64,000 nucleotides of DNA from Raillietiella orientalis (lineage: Eukaryota): assembly GCA_036172245.1 (NCBI GenBank), contig JAYWIR010000001.1, positions 8,742,001 to 8,806,000 of the forward strand, read 5' to 3'. Made by a program: the position numbers and the translations under genes. Positions 37,601-49,899 of the stretch are shown here, one piece after another. The notes below the pieces were generated by a model. That model saw only the letters and a list, made by a program, of their open reading frames with translations, was not told the DNA's origin and did no database searches. How positions within the stretch are numbered: position 1 is the stretch's first letter; the number at the start of each line of letters is the position of its first letter.

Positions 37601-40054
37601 GAACTCCATGCTGTCTGCGCTTGCGGGCTTCACTGCCTCTCCGGACGCTCCGTCCGGAATCTCCAGGATAGGAGGAAGGAGGAAGCGGATGGAGGGAAGC
37701 TGCCATTCTCCCATCCTGTCCTCCTTCTCCTGTTCCGCGCCGGACCACTTCCCACCCACCCTACCTCCCTGTTTCACATCTCCTCCTGCAGTCTGAAGGT
37801 CCCTACTCACTCCTTGGTCCTGGATGACCATGCTACAAGCCTCCCTGCGTAGCAGCCGAAAGAACACGCAGAAGAAGGTCGCATGCTTCACGAGGGCCTT
37901 GAAGGGTTTTCCGGCGTTAACGTAGTGCACGGCGACACGCATGGCGGCGCTGCAGAGGCCACAGGACAGGTCAAGCTCGCCGTCGGCTGTTGTGTACGAC
38001 AGAAGGCTACGCAGTATCTCCTCAGACAGCAGCTGCACCTCCGCTGGGATGCGTTCCATGCCGGGAAAGAACCTGACTGGAAGGGACCTCCGATCAGCAA
38101 ATGAGCATCACTCCCTATCACCCCTTTCCCCGATTCGGAGAAGAAGAGGAGGTGGCAGAGAAGACGCCCTCCTGAGAACCCGAGGAAAAGGGATGTTGCA
38201 GCGAAAGCTCCCCCCATTCCCCAGGGCCCAATGCACTTTGCACTCTCCCGGGGTGCACGGGCGCTTCGGGAAAAGACCACCATCTGCGCATAGAACGTGA
38301 GAGATGAGACTCCCTGTTTCCATCTGCCATCAGGGACAACGAGAGGAACGAGGGAGCCACGACGGGGAAGCTGTGACTTCGCCCGCATCACGAAAGCGGG
38401 ACAGTGTCTCCCCTAGCGTGTCGGGGACGCCGAGCTGCCGCGGAGCGCAAAGGGATGCTCGAGAGACCCCAAGGTGCGGCCATTTGCACCTCTCTAATCC
38501 TCGAGGAGACAGCGAGGAGGTACGAAGAACCTAAGAACTCCCGGTGCGCCAGGTGATCGTAGAGCGCCTCCGTAGCAGCGCCTCGAGCGACGAGCAGGGA
38601 TGCCAGGGATCGGCGGATGGCATGCGGGATGGCCGTTCAGGAGGGTGGACTACAGGGCAGATGGTTGGAAACGGAGGATGGTCACTTCTGGCAGCAGTGG
38701 AGGCGGGGAAGGAGGCGAGTCCTCCTTGGAGACAAAAAGAAAGGAGGAGGGGCAAGAGAAACAGGAGAAAGGGAGAAGGAGGAGGGAGAGGAAGAGGAAT
38801 AGGAGGGAGAGGAAGGTCCTCCTTGCACGCAGAGGATCCAGGAGGGCACTGCGCTAAGGTGATCCACACTTGCGCGTGCTGAGAGCGAAGGAGCGGCGCT
38901 GATGTCTCACTTCCTCCCTTCTCCCGTCTCAGAATCAGTGTCTTGACCGCGGGTTCTCCGCGGACGGAAGGAAGGAAGGAGAATCTGCATCGCGGGTCCG
39001 GCTCGGAGGTGATGGGGGTGGAAGTATGGGGCTGGGGAGGAAGGAAGGCTCGAGGCGCTTTTCCTCCGAGATCCCCGATCCGCGGTCGAAAATCGTCCGC
39101 GCGCTGTCGCTTCCGCAACGGGCTCGGTGGTGCACCCTTCCTCCTCCAAGCTCCCTCCTCCCCTACCCCTCTCTTCCGCTCAGAATTGAGGACAGACCCT
39201 TCCCCTTCCCGCGCACCCCTGCCTCTGGTTGCCACGTGGCGACGGCATCCAGGCTTCTCCCTCCGAGCCGTCTTCCCGGCGTCCTCTCCTCCCGGGGCAG
39301 CGGCCGCCAAGCCTTACCGACGTGGACCAGCTGCTCCATGCCGAGGCTGTCCTTCATCCACTCTTCCATCCGCAGCAGCAGCCACACCGGGATGTGCACC
39401 TTGAGCTCAGGGACGTGCAGGCGGTGCGTGATCGACCGGAAGCGCCGGATGTCGAACGCCGCTTTCTCCAGGACTCCTCCCGGAAAGGGGAAGCCGCTTG
39501 CAGCAGCTGCAGGAGGGGGGGGGAGAAAGTGTGTGGAGGGAGGGGGGGGATTCCTCCTTCCAGGCACGCGAGGGGGCATCCGTCGCGGGACTTCTCGTCC
39601 CCGCGCTCACACCGTCCCCGTCTCCCCAGCGCAGGCTCGAGCGCGCTTCTCCCCACGCCCCACCACCGGGCTCCGATGGTGGTTCCCCCCTCGGTCGGTC
39701 GGCATCGTGCGCTTGGGCGACCCGCCACAGAACGGCCCTTATCCGCGGACGAGCGCTTCGCCCCCCCCTCCCTTTCCCCCCGGGAAGTTGCGATCTCCGC
39801 TTACCTGTAGTCGCGCGAACCTTCCGGGAGGGAAAAGTCAAGGAGCACAAGGGGAGAGAGAGGAGAAAAAAAAATTAGTCGCCGTCCCCGCAAGAGGCTG
39901 TGGTCCTCCTCCTCCCTCATCCCACCCTGACCCCTTTCCCTGCGTTTACCGGAAGTCCTGACGTCTGCAAAGGGCGAACGCCCGGGTGACAGTGGCAGCA
40001 GCACAGGAAGAGGAGGAGGGCCGGGACGGAGATGCTCCGAGTCTGCGAGCGCAT
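28685..40054 (-). CDS. SMPD1: Acid sphingomyelinase-like phosphodiesterase, about 686 aa. Exons 40054-39950, 39820-39805, 39506-39318, 38076-37811, 35536-35357, 35279-35040, 34980-34808, 31934-31740, 29861-29694, 29338-29140, 29077-28893, 28829-28685
   Basis: GCCGCCATG start, signal-peptide-like N-terminus, saposin-B cysteines, Pro-rich linker, and metallophosphoesterase motifs [38 protein letters not shown]. All exon phases are consistent. Confidence 0.93.
30200..30800 (+). mobile_element. Decayed non-LTR RT fragment in an SMPD1 intron
   Basis: Ordered RCPVSLL, IPGR and VKLFADI (cf. RPISLL, FxPGR, LFADD). Confidence 0.45.
33123..33572 (+). repeat. Degenerate (TTAGG)n-like pentamer satellite
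   Basis: About 450 nt of GGTTA/GGGTT/TGTTA units, nearly devoid of C on this strand. Confidence 0.85.
35890..36020 (+). repeat. Short degenerate tandem repeat of about 20 nt (ACTCGAGGCTAACTGGTA)
   Basis: Two exact and about two imperfect copies visible. Confidence 0.7.
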
Positions 40055-40870
40055 GGCGGCGAGTGACAAGCGAAAGCGGGGAGAGACGGCGGACGGACCG
40101 ACCGACCGACCGCGCGCGCCCGAGGAGGGTCACGCCGCGGCCGCATCGGGGCGCTCGCTCGCCCCGCTCTCTCCTCGCCGCGAGGTGGCGTCTCGTCAGT
40201 CCGCACGCGTGCGCAGTTCTCCGTGGGCCGACGAAAGACGCGCAAGGGGGTGAGAAACAGGTGCATCATAAGTCCAGTGGGAGGGTCCGGGAGCTCCATC
40301 CCCTCTGGCGTGGACATCGCTAGCTCCGGCTCTCCCTCCAGGATCCGCGACCCTCAGCCGAAAATCCCCCTTCTCCTGGCCGGTCCCGGGACGGGTGGCG
40401 ACCAGAACCCCCCGCGATCCGCGGCTGCACCCGGAGGCGCCGCCGCCGCCGGCACGAGCGGAGCCAGGGTGACGCCTCCGCTACTCCGGCCCGCCGGTAG
40501 CGTGGCAGGGGGAGCCAGGGCGACCCGCGGCGATGCGGCCTGCCCCTCCCGCCCAGAGCATCCTCCCTGCTTCCCTCCTTCCCTCGCCACCCGGCGGCGC
40601 CCCCTTTGGGTCCCGCGGTTGCGGCGAACTGCTCTCAGGGAGTCCGGTGGCTGGGAGAGGGAAAGGTGAGCGAGGAGGAGGAGAAGGAGGGGAGGGAGGG
40701 AACGAAAGGGGGAGGGAGCAGCTGGGAGTGGGCAGAGCCGGACACTCCCGGAGAAAGTGAAAGCGCGGCGCGCGATCGTCCGTCATCGGGGAGGCCGTGT
40801 GCGCGCGCGCGCGTTCTCCGGAGATCGGGGCGTGCGCGCCTCCGCCCCCAGCGTGGGGTCCGCTGCCTCC
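40055..40870 (-). promoter_or_regulatory. CpG-dense 5' UTR/promoter region of SMPD1
   Basis: Very high CpG density immediately upstream of the start codon. No TSS evidence. Confidence 0.3.
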
Positions 40871-41849
40871 CCCCCCACAAGGGCTCTGACTGTCTCGCAT
40901 CTCCCTGCCCCTCCTCCCCACCGGGATTGCTGCTGCTTGGGTCGCCGGTGTTTTCATGCTCGGAGACGCCTTCTGCCGAGGCTACCGGCCCTTTGCCCAT
41001 GCTCAGCGCTCCTGCGCGTAGGAGCGTCGAGAGCGCAGCTTCCGGGATGGTCTCCAGTCCTTCCACTCCTGTGCCCTCATCTTCCGGAAGGGGGGAGGGG
41101 AAAAAAGAGGAGGGAAAGGGGAGGGTCGACTCCTGTTCGCTAGTGCGAAATCGGCCGAGGGAAGTTAGTTGGCGTTCCCAGCATGCTCCGGGCGCCGCGG
41201 ATTCTGCGCTCCCCACGGCGCTTCACCAGCCGTTCGAACCCCGTCTTCCCGTGACCGAGGCGCGTAAGTGGCAGCGTCCCGCTTCTGGCACGGTGTGCGC
41301 CGTACCACCTGAGCTCGTAGGAACAACCTCCTCCCACCCTGGAGATGGGAGGAGAGAGAGCGGAAGGCGCTTCTCGACAGAGAAGAGTCGCCCGTTTTCT
41401 CGAAGGGTCGTTTTACAATTTTCCGGGCGAATTCCTGCCATTCATCAACCGGGAGCATCCTCGAAACAAAGGACCTGGTCCTCCGCGTCGCGCGGCAAGC
41501 CCTTTTGTGCCACTTAGCGAGGCCTGCAGGGGGAGTCGGAGGCGCAGGGCGAGGGGCAGAGATACGCCCACTCTCCGCCCGGGGGAGAGCAATCGCTCGC
41601 GCCCCGAACCACGTCTCCGGGGAGGAACGTGCGCGACTCCACCTGACGGAACCTGGATCACCTTCTTCCTCCCCCCCTTCCACTCGGTGCGCACGACTCC
41701 ATCCTCTCAAACCTAGGGTTCCGCTTCGTTCGCACGGGGAAGCAAGGAATGGGCATTTCAGAGCCAGACGCGCTCACCGTTGGGTCCTCCTCTCCCTTTC
41801 GCCTATCGGCAATGGTCGAAGATCTCCCAGACACTCTTCTTAGCAGCTT

Positions 41850-44800
41850 CCCCTCAGCGCGATTCCGTGCTGATCCTCTGCTCGTTCACGATGTGCTTGT
41901 CTGATGCGCAAATGCGCAATCGCCGATCTGAGGGGAAAAAAATCTTTTAGGCCACGCAGTCTGGGTTTCCCGAACGTCTTCAGATCAAGGACTGTTTTTT
42001 CGAGGAATCACTGGAACGCCAGTCCCGCTCCTCTGCTCCGTCATGGAGAGGATAGGGAAAAGAAAATCCATCCCTCTTTCGGAAGAATGGTTTGCGTTGC
42101 TGCCTTTCTGCTTTCCGAAATCTCCTAGTGAACCATCGTTTTCTTCCAGGGATTCAATGCCAGGAGCAAGCGCAAGCGACAAGTCCGACTTCCTCACATC
42201 AGCCACGAAACTCTCCACAATGTAGGAAAAAGGCGTGAGATATGCGATGTTCAACAATGAGATCGACGTTGACGATCTGCGAATCTAAAGAACCCGAGAT
42301 CACAACTGTCTTGTCAGAATGTCCATGAAAAGCAAGCGAAAGCGAATCTCTCTGAGAGCGGCCGAGCGGATGGCCTCGTTGTCAGCCACGAAATGAACCT
42401 GTCCCTCGGAGAAGCAATCATGCGCTCACGCAAGCAAGGTCCCCTACCATTCCATCAGTGTCGAGGGCTTTCCATGAGGGAGGGAATTTCGCTCCGTCTT
42501 ATGAGGCTGTGCCCCAGCGTAGCACAAGAAGGAATCTGATGGCTCTCGGAGACATCGGGGGACGACTAACAGAAAAAGGAAGAGTACCGTTAGCTCCCCT
42601 ACAGAGCACCGGTTTCTCCTGCTTCTCACTCCTAAGCGGAACAGACCTGCCAAGGACCAGCCCTAGGAGGCTGGGGAACGCGAGCCCAGTTTAGGTCCCA
42701 GGATTTCTACAGAGGGAAGCAAGCGTTCTTGATGGCGTCTCCGTCGGTATGGGGAGCAGTGCACGCTGCCCCCACGGAGCTCAGAAACCGGTTCTAAAGA
42801 CTGGACTCGCCTGATTGTCCGTCCTCCGTTGCGAATAAAAAGGGAGAGAGGAAAGGGAGAAGGGAAAGGCCACTCTCGCACTCCGGGAGCTCGCGTCTCT
42901 CTTGGCCTTTGGCCTTGTGATCGCTCATGGCACGTTCCCTACGGGATCACATGCGAAGATGGCAACGCGTGCTCCCGGGAGCACCATCCCTCCATCTTCG
43001 CACCCATCCTAAGAAATTCGGCTGCGAGACGACTAGGAAGTGGGAGAGGATGCCCTTTGTTCCTTCGGCAAGGTCACCTGGAAACCCCAAGTCGAAAGGC
43101 CAATTACGGAGCAGTAAATGCTCGAGGGCGTTCCAAATTTCCGTCACACGGGCTCGCGCGAGCAGCTGGAGAGAGTGAGAGTGCGCGCGCGCGCGAGAGG
43201 GGCAAGGAGAGGCAGGCACCGCTCTACCGCTTTGCTGCGACGGTGCGTCACCAGCAGGACGAAGCAGCCACGACGCGACTAGGGGCGTTGGGCGGCGCCA
43301 CCTGGAAGGTGGGGTCCAGAAGAGGAGTGGGGAGACTTCTTCCAAGGGTTGGAACGGGACCTTCTGCGCGAAAAGGAGCCGCGCACTTTCGCATACCTCC
43401 TGGACGTCCCGGTAGAGGAGCAGAATCCCACCGTGGTCACCGGGAGGGCAATCATAACGGCCACGCCATGTCTGGGAACGAGAATAGCGCAATTCTTCCT
43501 CCTTGGAGCACATTGCTCTTGGAGACGCTTGGAGGATGAGCGTGCGAGCCCAGAGCGTCCAGTTCGCTCCCTGCGTTTCCCTCCAGATCCGGCCGGGGGG
43601 ACTGCGTCTGGAGAGAAGGCGCTTAGCGATCACCCCTTCGCGAGGGGAAGGTCCAGGTGACCCTTGCCGAGTTTGCGAACCCAGAAAAGATGAGAGAAAC
43701 TTCCTCTCGCGGGCAGGCGGATGGGCGTGTAGGTGGCGGCAGGCGCAGGCGGTTCCTCGGCCGCTCCACTGGAACTTTGCTCGTCGTGCATGAGCAGGCT
43801 CAGCTCTCGAAGGAATCTGGGGGAAATCCCGCAAATGAGAGGAAGTACAACTGGATCAGCAAGGCACCGTCGAGATCGTTCCAGAAAGAACCGTCCAGTA
43901 GGCGACGGGACAGGGCAGGAGACTAACTCTCCCTCTCCTTCACGCCCCCACGCCCCTCGGCAGGGAGAGCGAGCATCTCGTCATCCCCTTCAATCGTATT
44001 GCCACTGGGTTTCCCCCACCCTCCGTTTCGAGTGAAGGAGGGAGCAGATCCTTCCTCCCACCTACCCACCCTCAGGGTTGCGAGAGACTCCGGAGAATCT
44101 TGCAGCCCGCCGTCTCCAAGGAGACTGCCTTCCGCTGTACCGGTCGCTCTCTCGCCTCTTTCTATCCTTCAGTAGCGGAGAAGAAAGGCTGAGAGATGCT
44201 CCCGGTGGATAGGTTCCTTTCCCTTTTCCCTATTCCTTCCCGTCTGGGTTCCTGGAGACTCCCCGGGTGCGACGCGAGGGCGGATCGGTCGCGTCGTCTG
44301 CACGTGTGCACGAGTCCCGAAGCCCCCGAGACTCCCCGGCTCCTAGGAGAATGAGGTGCCTACACCCCCTCCTTCCTCGCGTCACGGAACACCTACGCGG
44401 TTCCTGGGAATGGCAGCTTACAGGCCCTAGGGCCGCGTGCTACTGAGAGGCACCGGCGCCCTTCCGGCGGGAGATCTTGCTGGAAGCAGCCGGCAGCGCC
44501 CCGAGTGGCCGCTTCCCATCCCCTCCCTCACGGGAGGCAGGGAGGGACCCTTTCTCTCCACCCGCTGCCTCCTCTCTCAGTTGCCCGCCTTGACCCCATC
44601 ACCCTCGCGCTTCCCAGATGTGGCACGCGCAGAGAGGAGTGGCCGGAGTCTCCGCTGTTGCCTTTCGAGGCCGAAGTTCCCCCCCTTCCTGCCAGTCCCA
44701 TCGCACCCTACGAGTCTGACGGAGGGATGGAAGAAAAGGCCATCCTGAGAGGAGAGTTTCAGACATCCACTTGTAGGGTCTGCCTCTCCCACTACGAGAG

Positions 44801-45650
44801 GAAGACGGGGTGGGAGCGGAAAGGAGTAGAAATTCAGCTCCTGCACTCCACTTTCCCTTCGGGTGGGGAAGAGGGACGATTCTTTCTCGGCGGATCCAAA
44901 CGAAGGAGGAGGAGCTCTATGGCCTAGCAGCGTCCCTGCATTCAAGGGGGGAGGGTCGGCGTGAAAATGGGGCCAGAGGGCAAGAATGCGAGAGCCGTAG
45001 CTCCGGAGGCCATTTGGGGGAAAAGAAGATGGAGACCAAATGACCTCTCCTTCCTTCAAGTGCGGAGCCGCCTCTGCCAACAGCCGCACTCCCTGCCTCT
45101 ATCCAAGGGGCCGTGGCCCCCTAGCTGTCGGGTGAAGGAGCTCATGCAGATCCCAATCGTCCAGTTGGGAGACTCCCCGCATCGCGCCGAGAGACGGTGG
45201 GGCGCTCTCCTCGGGAGAAGAGTCGCTTTCCCACTTCACACCCCTTTCCTTCCTTCCTCCCTCAAGGGAGAAAGCCGCGCGCCGATTGGGGGAGCACGTG
45301 GGAACGCCCCCCCTTGTGCCCTTCATTCTCGATGATGGAGGGTGGCCCTGGCCTCCTCTCTCAGCCCTACCCGCCCTCGGGGACTTGGAGACGGCCCCGG
45401 TCCGGGCGGGCGAGGAGCACGCGGGGACGACCACCGCACGCGCCGGAGGCGGTGCGGAAAAATTCGGGGCCTTCCGGGTACGCCGGCAGCAGCTTATCTT
45501 TGCGACCACATCGATCACTTTCGCCGCCGTTGCTCAACTAGCCTTCCTCCTTCGCGCGGTTATCATGGATTCCCTTCCCTGCTCGCCCCACGCGCCGAGC
45601 CCGGAAAGGTCAGACTGAGAAGGTCGTGGGGCTCGCTCGGCGATTCCAGG
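41850..45650. mobile_element. Cluster of decayed L1/Tx1-like ORF2 fragments (mostly minus strand)
   Basis: ISLLNIAY...MDFLFPIL at about 42270-42040; KFQWSGR at about 43770; LLARPDRGRLQVP at about 45400 (cf. PxxxGGLxxP). Confidence 0.55.
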
Positions 45651-45899
45651 AGCCGTGTGATGCCCATTATAAGCGCGCGCGATGGAAATTCCGGGAAAAG
45701 AACACGGAACCGGGTGCGGGGAGGGCCTTGATGTTGCGCGGAGGTCTAGAATGGGAGGGAGCCCCTGCGGACCCTGCCCTCGATCGACAACGTCCCCCCC
45801 CTCCCTGAGGTGGCGGTCGCCTTCGGGAGGTTGGATCGACCGACCCGCGAGGACATGCGGCGTGCGAGTTGCCCCTGGCAACTCCCACTTCTTTTCTTC

Positions 45900-47100
45900 C
45901 CTCACCCCCCCTTCTCAGCCGCCGGCAGCGAGCGCTCGCGGGCGACTCTCCCTCTGTGTCTTCGGCTCCAGCCGAAGACACAGAGGAATGCCGCTCGTCC
46001 CGCGCGGGCATCTGAGGACACACACAGCCGCGCCTTTTCCTTGGAACGCCTCCAGGAGGCCGGGCGCGTCCGGCTCCATCCTTCCCCTGTCCCTCAGCCG
46101 CCGCGCACTGCGGCCAGAGCTCTTCGGGAGACACATCGCTCCATCCCCTTCCTTCGCCGCCTGACCAGGGATGCACCTGTCCCTGCGTCCTCCAAGCCCC
46201 CTGTCTGCCTCCTTCGGCATCCGTAGCGTCCCCTAGAGAACCCGAAACCCGTCCTCGGCACCTGCCGGACCCGTTCCGGCCGACTCGGTACTCTGCCTGG
46301 AACTTTGCGAGACAGCATCCCGATGAAAGAGCGAACGCCTTCTCGGGTCGAGGAAACCAGAAGCTACGACCGGGAGCGTAAGGCGTCACGCCGTCTTCCC
46401 CCCGGGACGGCCTACACCTCGAGATCCAAGGAAGCAACAGCTGTCCTGTAACCCCAAAGTGCTCAGGGACGGAAAGGGCATTTCTCCGGTCATCTGAGAC
46501 CTTCATTCTGGTGCGTTTGGGATCTCCGAGGAGGAGGAGGAGGAGGATGCCACTTTTGTCGCAGCATCGGAGGCCGCGTGGGTGCGGCCCTCTCCTCGTG
46601 GCACTGAGCGCCGCGGGTTCGAATTCCAGCCGGGAAAGGATCGACGCCAGAGAAACGGGCGTAAGTTTCGAATTCCTCTGCAAGATGACGCTGGTTGGCC
46701 CCGGTTGGTTTCGAGTGCTGCACTAATGGAAGCCGTATGCACCCGTGGAGTGGCCGGGAAGTTGACCCTTCGGGGACCTTCCAGAAATCAAAGTTTGTTC
46801 TTCGGGGTTCCCCTCCGGTTGCGAAAATGGGATCGCCTCCTCCCCCTCGGGGCGGACCCTCCATCTCGTTCCATGGAGCTGGTGGATTGATGATGCCTCT
46901 CCAGAGTGCGAAGCGCGCAGCTCCCTTCAGGAAATGTCCGTTTGGAGAAATTGAGAAGCGTCCATTCGGGTTTCTCTTCGGAATAGAAGACGGGGAGCGG
47001 GAGCTCCATCCATAGAAGAAACAAAAGAGCGATCCTTTCCGGTCTTTTTAACCGAGGGAATAAGGAAGGGGTCCCAATCAGAATTCCCTTAGAAGACAAG
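45900..47100 (+). mobile_element. Decayed L1/Tx1-like ORF1 (gag-like) fragment
   Basis: Zinc-knuckle-like remnants near 46400-46490; similar to the reverse complement of 5700-6050. Confidence 0.45.
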
Positions 47101-47369
47101 CAGGGAGAGGGAGAACAATCATGACGAAGAAGAACGGCTGGATGGCCTGTTGCCCCGGAAACTCTGGCTCCTGGCTAGAAGAAGCAGCTGGCATGTGGGC
47201 GAAGAGGAGCGAGTGGAGCGTCGAAGAATGGAACTGCATGCGAGTCGGCATCCACGCGCGCTGCTCACAGCGGAAGATCCTCGGGAATCCCAGCACAGGC
47301 GCGTGGGCGGAGCGGACTATCCTCGCGGCAGCGACATTCTTCCTGAGGATTGACACCCGGCCCCGCAGA

Positions 47370-49050
47370 GGCGTTTATTTATTAAAAATAAAACTTGGAC
47401 GTCAGTGGCAGGATGCGCGATCCTTTCACGTCACTTAGAAATACGAGAAGGAACCTGCCGGAAACCGGCGCACAGACCGGCGGGGTTCAACAGCACAGGG
47501 GAAAGGGAGACAAACAAAAAGAAAAAAATAAAACAAAAAACATACTGTCAAAAAATGGAGAAGGGGGGGATTCGGGAAGGGATCACTGTGTGCTGTATGG
47601 TATCATCTGCATGCTTGTATGGATGCCAGCGAGTTCCTGTTTCAGGATTCCCAGATGGGGCTATCTTGACGCTATCCTCAAAAAGAGGAAAGCAAAATAG
47701 ATGGCGTCCCTGTTCTGGACTCCTCTGGCGTTGCTTCAGGCTGCCAGGATCCCGCGTAGACAGCACAGTGCTGCTAGGGTGCGGCCGGCCTGGGGACGTC
47801 GCTCAGGAAGAAGCTCTTCAGAATGTCTCTGGGGTTGCCCTCGGGGTTCCGCAGGAACGCGGCAAAGCGTTCCCACAGGGGAGGAGGGCAGCACAATCCA
47901 TGAGCAGGTAAAGGATGAATTCTCTTTCTCCTCACCGGCTGCAGTTGGGGCTTGCACTCACTCGCCCGGGTCCCATGGTGTCGGCGGGCGTTGAACGTGT
48001 GGCCCCAGTCCTGCAGCAGGAGTCAGGAGCAAGTGTCAGGAGTTAGCGATTCCCGACACTTGAGGGGAAGGGTAGCACTGCTCCAACATGCTGGGGTCCA
48101 CTTCACCTCCTCCGGAGAAATTTCTAGTAGCTCTCCCCAGCGTAGCAGTCCTTTTGGAGGGACACTCGATGTTGCGGGTTCCACCAGCTCCCAAGTTGTC
48201 CACGCATCCAGATGTTATTTCCTGCTCCCTATCACGCAGGTCACTTCCCACCTCTCTGGCAGTTGGATGTCCATTGCTAACCTCAGAGAGAGCAGCACTT
48301 CAGCGAGGGGGTGAACGAGGTCCAGGGCAGATTCCTGGTGTTCCCAGGATCACCTTCGCGAGCATATTTTATGTTATGTAGGCAGATGTATTCTGCCTCT
48401 CCCGTGCTCTTGATTTTTCCCATGCGAACCCTGACTCTTGCAGCCAAGTCGTTCAGTCAGTGTGGAGGACAGAGATCCAGGTACTCATCTGCAGAAAGGC
48501 AACTAGATTTCGGAGCTGGGGGCCGCGATTGCTCAGACTCCTTTCGGTGGCCGCGACGATCGAGGTCAGTTCTTCGCAGTCTGTTGACTGTTTGATGAGG
48601 ATTCTTCCCGGAGCTCCCCAAGGTGTAGTCCAGGCTTGAACGCAAGTTAGAGTCTGCGGAATTAAACTGTCGCTCCATTCGCTGCAGCTTAAGAAGGCCC
48701 AGTCCACAATCCCTACGCGAAGCACAGAGATCTTTTGAACGGACTCTGGATCTCCTTTACCCACAGTGCATTTCTAAGGAGGTCATCGATCATATTGAGG
48801 ATTTCTGCTAGGACAGGGCAAACAAAAAGCAAGGGGAGGAGGAGAGGGGTCGCGAACGTGTTCTACGCCAACCGTAGAAATGGTTTTTGAAGACTAATTT
48901 TGAAGACGGCTGGACCAGGCTTCTGCTACGTTGAAATCCTCCAAGGGAACGCCAAGGAACTTGATGTACCCGCCCGTGGATACCCCAGGCGGATCCAATC
49001 CAACCACACACACGCCCTTCCTGAGGAGGGCACGTGGAAGCAGCCAACCG
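47370..49050 (-). mobile_element. 3' part of an L1/Tx1-like element (RT motif 7 to 3' UTR)
   Basis: GYIKFLGVPLEDF at about 48960; similar to 49140-49870 and 51660-52420; T-rich 3' UTR ending in AATAAA. Confidence 0.75.
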
Positions 49051-49870
49051 CTGCGGTGGAATGTCTCCTGTGAGATCGCATGTAGGCAGAAGCTGATGAA
49101 TGCATGGACCACGGGACAGCTGATCGATGCCGCGATTCCAAGTACCTTTCCACGAGGACTGCAGTGCTGGGGCGAACTGCTCGGTACTCTTAGCGAAGAC
49201 CTGGAGTGGCCCCGGTGCTTAAGGATAGCAGCACCCTCCCCCACCAATGGCAGGGGTCGGCAATTTCGCAGCTGGGCTGGGGTCTCCCCTGCAACTCCCA
49301 GCGGATACCACTGGACGCTGGGGAAGGCGAGCCCGGACTGTCGCAGATGCGGGGAACGGGAATCCCTCTAGCACCTGCTCGTGGACTGTGCTGCCCTCCG
49401 GCCCTAAAGGGAACGTTTTGGAACGATCCTCGGTTGGCAGCCCCAGGGACGTGTTACGGCTCCCCTTTGTGCGGGATGCACTTCCTCCAGCCGCAGTCCC
49501 AGCAGCGCTTTGCTGCATCCGCGGGATTGTGCAGACCTGGAGCGAAGACGACGGAGGAAGAAACTAGAGATACGTCGTCCAGTTCGCGGTTCGCTTTCTG
49601 CGGATAGCGGCCAGATGGTCCCACCTGGGACCTATTCGAACGGACCGAGCTGGCATCCTGGAAAGGATGCAGACTCCCTCCAATCGACAGTGATCCCTCC
49701 CCGACCCTCCCAAAGATTTTTATTTATTTTTGTTTACTCCTTTTGCTTTTTGTTTTCTCCCATTGCCCTCCTCTGCCGAGGTGACCCCGGCTTGTCTGCG
49801 CACTGATAAACGAAGTGTGGTGGGATCATACGTGCACCACCACAATTTACGCATTTCTTTTAAATTTTAA
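49050..49870 (+). mobile_element. 3' end of an L1/Tx1-like element
   Basis: zf-RVT-like motif CRRCGERESL*HLLVDC followed by a T-rich 3' UTR. Confidence 0.75.
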
Positions 49871-49899
49871 GAAACGATCCGGCGTGTCCCGGTGGGAAT

